Assembly: GCA_963816485.1 (NCBI GenBank)
Contig: CAWFKU010000004.1
Location: 642,454 to 706,453 of the forward strand
Length of the DNA stretch: 64,000 bases
Reading direction: 5' to 3'
Source: an uncultured Actinomycetota bacterium
GTDB lineage: Bacteria > Actinomycetota > Actinomycetes > Streptosporangiales > Streptosporangiaceae
The position numbers were made by a program, and so were the translations under genes. Numbering within the stretch: the stretch's first letter is position 1; the number at the start of each line of letters is the position of its first letter. Of this stretch, positions 28,976 to 38,889 are shown one piece after another. The notes beneath the pieces are model-generated. The model was given only the letters and a program-made list of their open reading frames with translations. It did not search any database and was not told the origin of the DNA.

Positions 28976-29072
28976 GCCGCCTTAGCTCAGTCGGCAGAGC
29001 GGTTCACTCGTAATGAACAGGTCGTCGGTTCTCGTAATGAACAGGTCGTCGGTTCGATTCCGACAGGCGGCT
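28976..29072 (+). tRNA. tRNA-Thr (anticodon CGT) gene carrying a 24-nt internal tandem duplication (97 nt instead of 73)
   Basis: GCCGCCT TA GCTC AGTCGGCA GAGC G GTTCA CTCGTAA TGAAC AGGTC GTCGG TT [CTCGTAATGAACAGGTCGTCGGTT] CGATT CCGAC AGGCGGC T. Removing either 24-nt copy gives a canonical cloverleaf. Confidence 0.85.
29007..29054 (+). repeat. Perfect 2 x 24-bp tandem duplication inside tRNA-Thr
   Basis: ctcgtaatgaacaggtcgtcggtt at 29007-29030 and again at 29031-29054. The unit starts at the same base as the att direct repeat. Confidence 0.95.
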
Positions 29073-29073
29073 C
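29031..29073 (+). repeat. attL core (3' 43 nt of tRNA-Thr)
   Basis: ctcgtaatgaacaggtcgtcggttcgattccgacaggcggctc is identical to 51614-51656. Confidence 0.85.
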
Positions 29074-29130
29074 ACATTAGTACTGGCCACAGGAATATTT
29101 CGTTGCTACTTTCGTCATTGATCATCTTCC

Positions 29131-29154
29131 CGTGGACCGGGTCGTGGACCGGGT
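29131..29154 (+). repeat. Tandem 12-mers CGTGGACCGGGT x2, 58 nt downstream of the attL core (arm-type site candidate)
   Basis: Direct reading. The same offset and near-identical 12-mers are found after attR (51714). Confidence 0.7.
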
Positions 29155-29295
29155 CGCCTGATCGGCCGGCCGGGTGCCCTGATCGCCGGTCACTGACGGT
29201 GATGGCGACAGGTGGTGCGGTGCTCCTGGCTGGCAGGCGGGGGCTGCGATCGGGGAGCGCGACGCGAGAATTAGCCTTGTATGGGCTGGTTTCGG

Positions 29296-29800
29296 CTAGC
29301 CGTGCGGTCCCCTGGTTGCCTCTCGGCTGCCGGTGGCCTGGTGCGGCCGGATGGCTGTCGGACAGGCCGGTGACCCGTCAATGAGAAGCTCCTGCGGTAA
29401 CTCTGTTCTCCGGAGCCGGATACCCAGTGTTCGAGCAGTCGCCCGGTCACCTCGGCTCGGCAGGAGCGCGGCGACGATGCCCCTGCCGCGTGCGGCCATA
29501 CGGCTGATCCTGGTGGCGACTGCATCCAATCACCTGTCGCTGTCAACGCTGCGGGTCATGGTTTCGTCGGAGGACCACCGCTGTCTCCGGAATGGATCAT
29601 GGTGCCTATCTGCAGGCGCCACGAGCGGAAAGAGGCTGGTTTGGCCAGCTGCATTCCCACGGTCTCGCGCCCGTGATCGGCGAAGGTGATCATCACGGCG
29701 ACGGCGGCCGGGCCGTAGATCTTGACCCAGCGCACCCGAGCTGAACTGCTTGAGCAGAACGGCCGCGGAACGGTGATGGGTCATCTTGAACCTGCCGAGA
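29296..29800 (-). pseudogene. Possible heavily decayed DDE (rve-type) transposase/integrase remnant
   Basis: Pieces across three minus-strand frames read ITFADHGRETVGMQLA, TMIHSGDSGGP, ISRMAARGRG and AIRPHQ. They occur in the order expected for the D..(SR.vGw), HSD.G, SMSr.G and RPH motifs of IS3/IS481-like catalytic cores. This is motif-level resemblance only. Confidence 0.3.
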
Positions 29801-30054
29801 GAAGCGAATCCCCCAGTCAAGGAATGGCGGTGACCTGCTCGCCAGGAGCCAAGGTCCCCGGTACTGGCCCTGCCCTCGATCCCGGCTCGCCTGGCAAAGG
29901 GACGAGACCAAAGGGGCGGGCGGCCGGGACGTTGGGCTCTACCGGGCCGCGCGTCCGGCAGCCACGCTGGGGCGACTAGAGGGCGGTCGCTTCCCGGTCA
30001 CGGGAGCGGCTGCGCTATTGGCGCACCGATGCGAGTCGAAAGGCGGCGGTTCCG

Positions 30055-31267
30055 ATGAGGAGGCGCTCGGCGGCATTAGCGATCGGAAGGCTCGTCCGGG
30101 TGCTGCCCGTTGTCGTACTCGCCGCGGGCGTGGCGGCTGTCCCGGCGGCTGCGGGGGCAGTCGGCGCCGCAGCGGCGCCAGGCTCCGGTCACCGCGCGGC
30201 CGCTCCAAGCACGTTCCGCGGTACCTGGCGGCTGCTGCCGAGCGCACCGGTGACCAGTCTGCCGGCGTCGTGGGCGGTGTCCCATGCCTGGACCGGGCGG
30301 CACCTGATCGTGCACTATGCCCTGCTGGGCTCCTCGCAGGCTGGGAGCCGCGCCGTCACGTTCTCCTTTACCCCGGCCGGCAATGCCTGGGCGAAGCTCC
30401 CGGCCGGCCCGAAGCCCGTGCCTGCTCAAGGTGACGACGCCGCGGCGTGGACCGGATCCCGGATGCTCGTCTACGGACTGACGGGCGGAGCGTACTCGCC
30501 GGCCAGCAACACCTGGCAGCGCATCGCGCGGCCCGGCAGGCCGCCGAGCCAGATCAGCGGCTGGACCGGCAGCCGGCTGGTGGTCTGGGACGAGATCTGC
30601 TGCGGCATGACCGTCAACACCGCGGAGGTCTACAACCCGGCGGCCGATGCCTGGCACACGTCGACGTCGCCGCTGGACAAGCGGTCGGGCGCGATGGGTG
30701 CCTGGACCGGCAAGGAACTGGTCATCTTCGGCGGCTTTTCCGGCTTCCCGGCCGGAGGCAGGGTCTTCAGGGACGGCGCCGCGTACAACCCCGCGACGGA
30801 CACCTGGCGGCGGCTGCCGCCGATGCCGCAACGCCGCGGCGGCGGGACGGCGGTCTGGGACGGCAGGGAAGTGCTATTCCTCGGCGGCACGGGACCGGGG
30901 ACCAGCCAGCCTTCACTGCGCGGCATGGCATTTAACCCGGCGACCAACAACTGGCGGCTGCTGCCCGTTATGCAGTACCGGCGAGCCCGGCTTCGCGGCG
31001 GTGTGGACCGGTCGGGACGTCCTGGTGTGGGGCGGGCTGTCCGGGCATCTGGGCGCGTGGGTCGTCCCGCCGCACGGCGAGGCGTACAACCCGGCGGCCA
31101 ACCAGTGGAGTGCGCTGCCGAAGTCACCGTTGCAGGGCCGTGAGGTCGCCGTCGCCGTGTGGACGGACCGCCGGTTGATCGTCTGGGGCGGCTACATCCC
31201 GGGGCCAGGCCAGTCCGTGCAGCGGACCTTCCTCAACGGCGCCGCATTCACCCCGCGCCAGCCCTGA
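30055..31267 (+). pseudogene. Secreted Kelch-repeat protein, frameshifted near 30975-30990
   Basis: Signal-peptide-like N-terminus. Repeated W(T/D)G..(L/V)(V/I).(G)G ... YNPA(T/A)(D/N).W units. ORF 30055..31143 loses the repeat pattern after NNWRLLPVMQY. The pattern resumes in ORF 30647..31267 (EPGFAAVWTGRDVLVWGG...AYNPAANQWSALP). Confidence 0.7.
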
Positions 31268-31395
31268 CATTGCCGTCGGGCGCGGCCCTGGGCCGGAAAA
31301 GATTCGCGATGCACACGTACTCCGTCCGCGCCATCGTGGCACTGGCTCAGTACAGGCCGGACCTCGGGGTAGGACTGCGCGACGCTGGCCTACCG

Positions 31396-31564
31396 CGTCG
31401 CGACCGGAGCGCAGGTGTGGGTCGCGCGGTACAGCGGCCACGGCAGGGCGCGTGACACCGCCTTCGCGGTGGCCACCGGCTCTGGCGGCGGGGTGTTCGT
31501 CACCGGGAGCAGCGCCGTCTCGGCGTCGCAGGCCGGCTACGAGACCGTCGCCTACGGCGGCTAG
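31396..31564 (+). pseudogene. C-terminal fragment of an SBBP-type beta-propeller repeat protein
   Basis: The frame ending at TAG 31562-31564 reads ATGAQVWVARYSGHGRARDTAFAVATGSGGGVFVTGSS...YETVAYGG. It matches the repeat unit of the 33244-34669 gene, with no start codon or signal peptide. Confidence 0.55.
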
Positions 31565-31941
31565 TGGACCGGGCGGCCCGATGCATCGGCTGGGCGCCCT
31601 GATCGTCGGCCCGGTCATCAGGTGCGCCCTCGCTCCGGCTAGGTCCCGCGATCTCGTGGCACCGTGCCCGTCCCGAGTCCTTGTCCTGACCGGCAAGCGG
31701 CGCCGGTGGCCGATGGCCAGCCATGCCACCGAATGCCCATCCGGCGTCCCCGGAGCAGCACCCGAACGCGGCCGGCTGGCGGGGTGGCTGGTTGCGGGCA
31801 AGCGTTATCCCGGCGCTGCTGGAGGGCAGCCTTAAGTACCGAGTCATTGCACCACGCTTACGGCTCCGATCTGTGAGCACCAATGAACAGCCTGTCGTGA
31901 TCTCGGCACCAGGTGATTAGCAGACTTCTGGGAGCATCGAA

Positions 31942-31978
31942 AGCAGGAGGCCGGGCGGCTCGCTCCGGCCTCCTGCTT
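31942..31978. terminator. 13-bp GC-rich stem-loop
   Basis: AGCAGGAGGCCGG (31942-31954), 11-nt loop, CCGGCCTCCTGCT (31966-31978). It lies between gene remnants and the convergent epimerase gene. Confidence 0.4.
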
Positions 31979-32178
31979 GGTGCTGGCGATTAGCGGGCGT
32001 GCGTCTCACGCCCCCGGGTCAGCGCCCCCGGTGCGGTCGGCCAAGACCGGGAAGGACCTGCGTGCCCTCAGCCTGAACGGCGGGCCCCGCCGGCCTTCCT
32101 CGAGCCTCCCGAGCTGCCCGAGCCCAGCCTGACGTGGGGCACCTGGTAGTTCCTATCTGAGTAGGCGTGCGCCGTCGG

Positions 32179-33172
32179 TCATGGCGCGAGCCCGCCGCGC
32201 ACCGTGTCGCGCAGCGCCTCCAGCGCGGTGAACCGGGGCGACCAGCCGAGCAGCTCCCTTGCCCGGGTCGTGCTCATGATCGCTGGCCGGCTCACCGCCT
32301 CCGCCCAGCCGGCCACGCCCGGGAGGGCGGGTAGCGCGGTCAGCAGCCTCGCGGCGGCCTGCGCGGGAGCGGCGGGCAGCGGCACCGGCAGCAGCCCGAG
32401 CTCGCGGATGATGCCGGCCGGGGTGACGATGCCGTCGGCGGCGATGTTGTAGGCGCCGGGCGGCCCCGCGCCGACCGCGCAGAGCAGCAGCGCACTGCCG
32501 ACGTCCTGCTCGTGCACGAGCTGCAGAGGCAGCGCCGGCGCGGCGACGGCTAGCGAGATCGGCGGCCGGACCTGATCACGGCGTCGGCTAGGCGCCGGCC
32601 GAGCGGCACCAGCGCGCCGGGCAGCAAGTCCTTGGCCCCTACGCTGGCGCGGGCCGACCACGATGCACGGCCGGAGCAAGTAGAGCGCAGGCTGCCCGGG
32701 ACCGGCGGCCTCGGCGTTGAGCAACTGCTCGAGCTCAGCCTTCTGGCGCGCGTAGAACAACCGCGCCGCCGGCCGCACTGGCCACTCTTCGGTCATCTCG
32801 GCTGGATTGTCGCGATGGAATCCGTAGGCGGCGACCGACGAGGCGTAGACGAAGCGGCGGGCGCCTGCTGCCGCAGCAGCGCGGTACGCGTTCAGCGTCC
32901 CCTCGACATTGGTCTGCTCGATCTCTCCCGGTGGCTCTACGCCAGTGACCATGAACGCCAGGTGCACGACGACGTCGGCCCCGCGGAACGCGGCAGCCAG
33001 GGTCGTGGGGTCACGCACGTCGCCGCGCCGGTAGAGCAGTTTCGTCCAGCCGCGTGCCGCAGGATCGAACGGGCGCCTAGCCACGCCCGTCACCAGCCCG
33101 ATCCGGGAGTCGGCCTGAAGCAGCGGAATCAGGCCGAACCCGAACGTTGCCGGTCGGTCCGGTCACTGCCAC
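32179..33172 (-). pseudogene. NAD-dependent epimerase/dehydratase family gene with an N-terminal frameshift (and a probable internal out-of-frame stretch)
   Basis: ORF 32179..33093 carries DVVVHLAFMV, YASSVAAYG and YARQKAELE (YxxxK). The Rossmann N-terminus VAVTGPTGNV(G)FGLIPLL lies upstream (to GTG 33172) in another frame. Residues around 32550-32640 read better in an alternate frame (GAKDLLPGALVPLGRRLADAV). Confidence 0.6.
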
Positions 33173-33243
33173 GGCCTTTCGCCGGGCGTTACGTGCAAAG
33201 GTTGAGGCGAATTACGAACGCTCGAAGGTGAGGGGATCACGCA

Positions 33244-34669
33244 ATGCGCGGAACCATGAGGCATGCGTGCGCCGCGATAGCGGCGGTCGCGACGCTCGGC
33301 GGGCTCGGAGTCCTCGGGGCCGGGGCCGCCAGCGCGGCTGGAACCGCCAGTCCGGCAACGGCCCTCTCGGCGGCTGTTGGGGGCGCTCGGCTGTGGGTGA
33401 GCCGCTACGACGGCCCGGGCCACGGCTTCGACGGCGCCAGCGCGGTGGCGGTGACCGGGGGTGGCCGTAAGGTGTTCGTGACGGGAACCAGCGGGCGCAT
33501 GGCCGCCACGATCGGCTACGACGCCTCCACTGGCGCGCGGCTGTGGGTCAAGCGGTACGGCGGGCCCGGTGACCGCGGAGCCAACGGCGAGGCGGTCGCG
33601 GTTAGCCCGGATGGCGGCACGGTGTTCATGGCCGGGTTCAGTTCCGGTGCCACCTCACGCGATGACTACGTCACGATCGCGTACAACGCCGCAACCGGGG
33701 GGCGGCGCGGCGGCGCACTACAACGGCTCGGCCAGCAACGGCGATGAGGCATTCGCCCTGGCGGTCTCACCGGACGGCAAGACCCTGTTCGTCACCGGGC
33801 AGAGCGCCGGCGTCGGCTCAGGCGCCGACTACGCCACGATCGCCTACAGCACGGCCACCGGCGCGCGCCTGTGGGCGGCGCGGTACAACGGCCCCGGCAA
33901 CAGCTACGACACCGCGAGGTCCCTGGCGATCGGGCCTGGCGGCCACAGAGTATTCGTGACGGGGTTCAGCACGGGGGCGAGTACTGCCGGGCAGTACGCC
34001 ACGGTCGCCTACGACGCTGCCTCCGGCAGGCAGCTCTGGGTGCGGCGGAGCCCTGGCCCGGGCCTCGCCTTCGCTTCATCGGTTGCGGTCGGTCCGGGCG
34101 GCGGCCGGGTGTACGTCACCGAGACCAGCGGCATCACCGCCGCGACCCTGGCCTACGACGCGGTCAGCGGAGCGCGGCTGTGGGCCACGCGGTATCGGGG
34201 CCAGGACTCCCGGGGTGCCTTCGCCGCCAAGGTGGCCGTCAGCCCGGACGGCGACACGGTATACGTCGCCGCCACGTCCGGACAGGTGGTCAGCGACGAC
34301 TACGCCACCATCGCCTACAACGCCAGCACCGGTGCGCGAAAGTGGCTCCGGCTCTACAACGGTCCCGGCAACAGCGTGGACGACGCGACCGCCCTGGCCG
34401 TCAGCCCGAGCGGCACGGTCTACGTCACCGGCGCGAGCAGCAGCGGCAGCGCGACCGCGACTGACTACGCCACGGTCGCCTACAGCGCCGCTGGCCGGCA
34501 ACTATGGGTTGGCCGATACAACGGCCCGGCCAACGGCGAAGACCACCCAGCCGCGATCACAGTCAGCTCGGCAGGCAGCCGAGTGTTCGTCACCGGCCAG
34601 AGCCTCGGCGCCACGACCTCCGGCCACAACGCCGGCTTCGACTACGCCACCGTCGCCTACTCCGGCTAG
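33244..34669 (+). pseudogene. Secreted SBBP-like beta-propeller repeat protein, disrupted near 33697-33715
   Basis: Signal peptide MRGTMRHACAAIAAVATLGGLGVLGAGAASA. About 9 repeats of DYATIAY(N/S/D)A.TGARLW..RYNGPGNS.D.A.A.AVSPDG..V(F/Y)VTG.S. ORF 33244..33747 and ORF 33569..34669 are the two halves. The junction repeat lacks the LW residues, which suggests a small out-of-frame deletion in a G-run. Confidence 0.7.
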
Positions 34670-34994
34670 CCCATCCGCGACCTCGGCCACCCAAGAGCAG
34701 GCTGGCGACATCCTTTACACGGCCACCGCCACACGGCGCCAGTTCTGGGCCGTGGGCAGCTAGTTCTCATCGTCGCGAGGAAAGACCGTCACAATGCGCC
34801 GCTGCCAGCCGTAACACCACCGTTCCGAGCCTTTGCCGGATCGGCCGCCGAAGGGGCCCCGGCTGATGGCCGGCCAGGCGGTCAGGGCGAGAGAACATCG
34901 CCTGAGCTGGCTTGGCGCCGCCGCCACCAAGCCCGCGCCGTCACTGCCAGTACCAGCGGCGACGAGAACGAGTTCACTAAGTGCGGCTGCCGTA

Positions 34995-36377
34995 TTAGTG
35001 GTGGCGCAGCCAGACGCCGAAGTCCTGTCCCGCGTTAGAGAGGACTGAGGCGTCCGCCACGACCGCCCCGGCATGGGTACCGTCGGTGGTGTCAATCCAC
35101 CGGCTGGTGGCCCAGGGGCCGAGGATGCTGCCATGGCCGCCGCGGTAGGTGGTGGCTTTGCTGCCGGTGAACTGCCATATCTGAGTGTCCGCCGGTGGCG
35201 GGCTCATGGTGCTGTTGTCGAACATCGCGAGCACTTCGGCTGAGTTCAGCGGCATCTGAGCGGCATATGGCGCGGCCACCGTGACGGTCTGGCTGGTTCC
35301 CCTGGTGGGATCGCTGACGGTGAAGGCGTAGTGGCCGTTCCGGTCGTAGTAGATGCTGACCGCCAGCTGGTCACCGGGCGCGGGGTTCACAGCGAACGTG
35401 CCCTGAGCCGCGTTGGAGGCGAAGCTGATGCTGCCCGCGCCGCCGCCGGGAAGGACCTCGATGTCCGCGTACGGCCGCGGGGTCGGCCCGCCGTTGTGGC
35501 CGAGGCTGACCAGCGCCGTGCCGCCGTTGGCGGCCGGTGCCTGCGCTGGGGGCACCGTCATGGTCGTGGCGATATACCGGAAGGGGCCCGCGCTGTCTGA
35601 GTAGCCGGCGAAACCCGAGGTGTAGGTCAGCGGCAGCGCACGCAGCCAGACGCCGAAGTTCGCCCCGCCCTTCGACAGTCCGGACGGGCTCCTGACCACC
35701 GCGCCCGTAGAGGTGCCGGTGCTGGTCTGGATCAGCTGCCTGGTTTGCCACGGGCCGGTCACCGTGCCGCGGGTGCCGCTGTAAGTGGTCAGCCGTGCGC
35801 CAGTTACCTGCCATAGCCGCGTGTCGGCGGTTGGAGGCGGCACCGGCCCGCCACCCGCGTTGCCGGATAGCGAGGCCACGTTATAGACGGCTTTGCCGGT
35901 CTTGACCCGCACGGTGCGGGTGACGTCCTGGGTAACATCCACGGCGGTGAAGTAGATATGGCTGTTGCGGTCGTAGTAGATGCTGACCCGGAGCCGATCA
36001 CCGGTCTTCGGGTTCATCGCGAGTGGGGTCAGTATCTGGCCATCGCCCCATCCGACGGTGCCGGAACCGCCGCCAGGACGAACCACGATGCTGAAGGGCG
36101 GACTCATGGGCGCGGCGTTTCGCAGCGTCATGATCATCTGGCAGAAATAGCTCTGGGACGGGATGACCTGCGGGACGGTCACCGTGGCCTCGACGTACCG
36201 GAACCACCGCCCCGTGGACACGTAACCCGCATCGTTAGTGGTGTAGACCGACGGGCCCAGCGACCCCAGGGCCGCGATAGCCGGGGACGCAGCCCCGGCA
36301 AAGCCGAGAGTGACGGACGTCATGCCCGCCGCTGCTGTGGCATACAGCGCGTGGGTGAAGTGGCTGCGCATCGACAA
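34995..36377 (-). CDS. Secreted protein made of two homologous ~200-aa domains (G1 glutamic-peptidase / concanavalin-like fold suspected)
   Basis: Signal-like N-terminus. The two halves align: AGYVSTGRWFRYVEATVTVPQ...DRLRVSIYYDRNSHIYFTAVD...RLWQVTGARLTTYSG...FGVWLR versus AGYSDSAGPFRYIATTMTVPP...DQLAVSIYYDRNGHYAFTVSD...QIWQFTGSKATTYRG...FGVWLRHH. The fold guess is weak. Confidence 0.7.
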   Translation of the reverse strand: MSMRSHFTHALYATAAAGMTSVTLGFAGAASPAIAALGSLGPSVYTTNDAGYVSTGRWFRYVEATVTVPQVIPSQSYFCQMIMTLRNAAPMSPPFSIVVRPGGGSGTVGWGDGQILTPLAMNPKTGDRLRVSIYYDRNSHIYFTAVDVTQDVTRTVRVKTGKAVYNVASLSGNAGGGPVPPPTADTRLWQVTGARLTTYSGTRGTVTGPWQTRQLIQTSTGTSTGAVVRSPSGLSKGGANFGVWLRALPLTYTSGFAGYSDSAGPFRYIATTMTVPPAQAPAANGGTALVSLGHNGGPTPRPYADIEVLPGGGAGSISFASNAAQGTFAVNPAPGDQLAVSIYYDRNGHYAFTVSDPTRGTSQTVTVAAPYAAQMPLNSAEVLAMFDNSTMSPPPADTQIWQFTGSKATTYRGGHGSILGPWATSRWIDTTDGTHAGAVVADASVLSNAGQDFGVWLRHH

Positions 36378-36925
36378 GACCTCCTGCCGTGCAGCCCAGG
36401 GCCGGATAACCGTGGCCTATTATCAACAATGGCCCCGTGGCCGGTCCCAGGCCCAATCCTCGGTTGCTCCGCATTCTGCTGGCCGCTGGTACGCCAAGTC
36501 GGGAGTAGGACGTCACTCCAGTGACCACCCAGCAATTTGATTTTCCCGAGATCCCAGACCATCAGGGCAGGGCCATTCGGCCTGTCGGCCACGGCAGACG
36601 ACTCCCGTGAGGGCCGGATACGCACGAGAGAACGACCAGACAGAGCAATAACTGCTGGAGGCATCACCGGAACTCATAGATCAGCGCGTAGCAGGTCGCG
36701 CCCGGCGGGTCGACCGAAAAGACGCTACTGCGATCGCGGTCAGCGCTCATGCGCCGTCTCTGGCTGGAACGCGGAGATGTGCCAGGCGGGCCAGTGACTC
36801 ATGACCGGGTCCAGCCGGCTGTTGCCGACCGGGCGGATCGTTGCGTGTGCATGGCTCGGGCGCTGCCAGAGCGGGGAAGTGGGTCGCCGGGATGCCCGGG
36901 ACTGCGTTCGGGCTGGGCTACCCGG

Positions 36926-37236
36926 GAGCTTGCGGAACTCAGCCGTGGTCAGGGTCGCCCTGGTGATCGAGGCCAGGGTTCCGCGCTTGATCGTGCCGTG
37001 CTCAGAAACCACGGCCGCCCCGCCCTCGGCGTCGCGGTCGACGGCGTGGCTTCCCTTAACCCGCGCCCTCGAAGCCTGCGACCCGCGGTCCGCGACATCG
37101 CGGACCGGCAGGTCCGACAGCGCCGGACTGAGGCAGCAGGCAGCGCGGACGAGGCCCACCAGCGGCGTGCTGAAGACATAGAGCGCCGGGTCGTCCGCTT
37201 CATCCAGGTAGAGTCCGACGGCCTCCGCAAGGCTGG
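36926..37236 (-). pseudogene. Decayed hicB-hicA toxin-antitoxin remnant (paralog of 50923-51365)
   Basis: SLAEAVGLYLDEADDPALYVFSTPLVG..SPALSDLPVRDVA...VKGSHAV.RDAEGGAAVV...GTIKRGTLASITRATLTTAEFRKL. It parallels the intact pair (SLAEAVGLYLDEVDDPERYVSSTPLV / SPALSDLPGRDVA..VKGSHAVYGDADGRVAVVPGLGTIKRGTLASILRRAGLTTDEFLKL). The HicB N-terminus is missing, there is an internal shift, and the stop codon is lost. Confidence 0.65.
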
Positions 37237-37283
37237 GCCTTGTGGCTGGCCGTCGTGGTCACCGTGCGGATTGCCGCACCTAA

Positions 37284-37715
37284 TCACCCGGCCGGTTTCC
37301 ACGCGGGATAAAACGCGGACCAGAAACCTGATGCTGTCGGGTACCTGGTGATCCACGGGGCGCGGTGCAGGCCGCGAACCGCCGCCTCCGCGTACGGAGA
37401 CGGCTGCCGGGTCCCGGCTGCCGAGGGAGCGCCGATGATCTGCTTGCTGCCGATCCGCCGCCACGGGCCTGCGAAGCCGCCGCCGATGAGCTTGGCCCAC
37501 AGCCCGTCGCGGTAGCCGTGGATCAGGATCGATCCGCCGTTGCTCTCCGGGATGTAAGCGATCGCCGGCGCATTCCTGGTATGACCGCCGACCGACGTCC
37601 ACCGCCAGTGCGCGAATGAGGACGTCGTCCGGACGCCGTGGTCGGTCCATCCGGCCGCGACCTCCCTCCGCCTCGCTGCGCAGCCCTCCCTTCCCTGGGC
37701 TCGCAATAACCCCAC
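37284..37715 (-). pseudogene. Fragment of a beta-propeller (PLL/DUF346-like repeat) protein
   Basis: WTSVGGHTRNAPAIAY....SILIHGYRDGLWAKL...GPWRRIGSKQIIGAPSAAG has the W..(I/V)GG....AP...(V/I)..(G).DG.LW periodicity. High GC3, but only about 1.5 repeats and no credible start. Confidence 0.3.
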
Positions 37716-38013
37716 CGTTCCGCGACCGCAGGTGACCTGTCACCACCTGCCCGTCGGTGTCAACCTAGAGAAACGGCCGTAGGGTCGGCCGGGGAGGCCC
37801 GGGCAAGAGGGCTCTCCGAGCGGGTAATGATCAGTGGCCGTGTTCAGGCAGCCACCGGCCCGTCCTGGCTGCGGCGTCCACCTAGGTGAATTCGGGCGGT
37901 AGGTGATGACAGGTCACCTGCCGGGGTGTGAGCCTAAGATCGCGATGCAGCGGCCGGGTAACGGCTGCGGCGGAGTCGATGAACCGCCTGGCAAGGGATG
38001 CCAGTGAAACTGG

Positions 38014-38353
38014 AGGAGGGCCCATGACCGCCGATACACCTGTCCTTGACACCCTCGCCGACATCACCGCGGCGTCGGTCGAGCACAATTCTCTTGCCCC
38101 GCGCGAGCTCATGCTCGCCAGGATCGCCGCCCTGATCGCGGTGGACGCGCCGCCTGCCTCCTACCTCGCCAACGCCGGCGCCGCCGAGGACAGCGGGGTC
38201 ACCGCCGACGACGTCCAGGGAGTCATGATCGCGGTTGCCCCGGTGGTGGGCACAGCCAGGGTGGTCTCGGCAGGCGGGAAGATCCTTAGGGCGCTGGGTT
38301 TCGCGATTGAGGTGGCCGCCGAGTTGGCCGACGACGCCGATGCGGGGCAGTAG
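38014..38353 (+). CDS. Carboxymuconolactone decarboxylase (AhpD-like) family protein
   Basis: ATG 38014 after GGAGGAGGG. LAPRELMLARIAALIAVDAPPASYLANAGAAEDSGVTADDVQGVMIAVAPVVGTARVVSA. Confidence 0.65.
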
Positions 38354-38889
38354 CAGCAACCAGGCCCAAAGGTCGAGGAAGTGATCGAGAACGCTGTGAC
38401 CAGGGCGGAGAAGCAGACAACCAAGGAGCTTGACGTGGATCTGAAGGACCTCGACAAGGGCCATCGCGGCGGTCGAACGGCTCGGTGATCTCAGGGCGGG
38501 CAGCCGCCGGACGGTCTCAGGGCGGCTGACGCGAACCTGACGATTCTGCGGGCCTGCTTTCTGTGGGGAGATATCGGCGCTCAGCTGGAAAATGACCGCT
38601 GGGCGGCCGGGCTGGAAGGCCTCGGGTCGCCTTGGCGGCCATCGGCTTGCTGGGCGGTTGGCACGGGCCTACCATCGAAGACCCGTCCTAGGCGGCCGGA
38701 CTACGAATACACGCACGCAGCCTGACTCAGCCAGAACCCGCAGGTCACCCGGACTGAATCGTATTGTCGAGGTACAAGATCAGACCGGCGGCGCAGGTGG
38801 CTGCCGTGTCGACGCCCGGAAACCCGCCGATGTGGCGGGGCGCGATCCGTCAGTAGGGTCGGTCTGAACGTATCGTGGAAGGAGGCCTG

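Noticed and set aside
29530-29820. Tyrosine-integrase remnant next to attL (KMTHHRSAAVLLKQ resembling the HDLRHSAA box)
   Set aside because: The match is only a few residues and lacks the downstream LGH...Y motif. The surrounding fragments fit a DDE/rve pattern slightly better. Neither is solid, so it is reported only as a low-confidence remnant.
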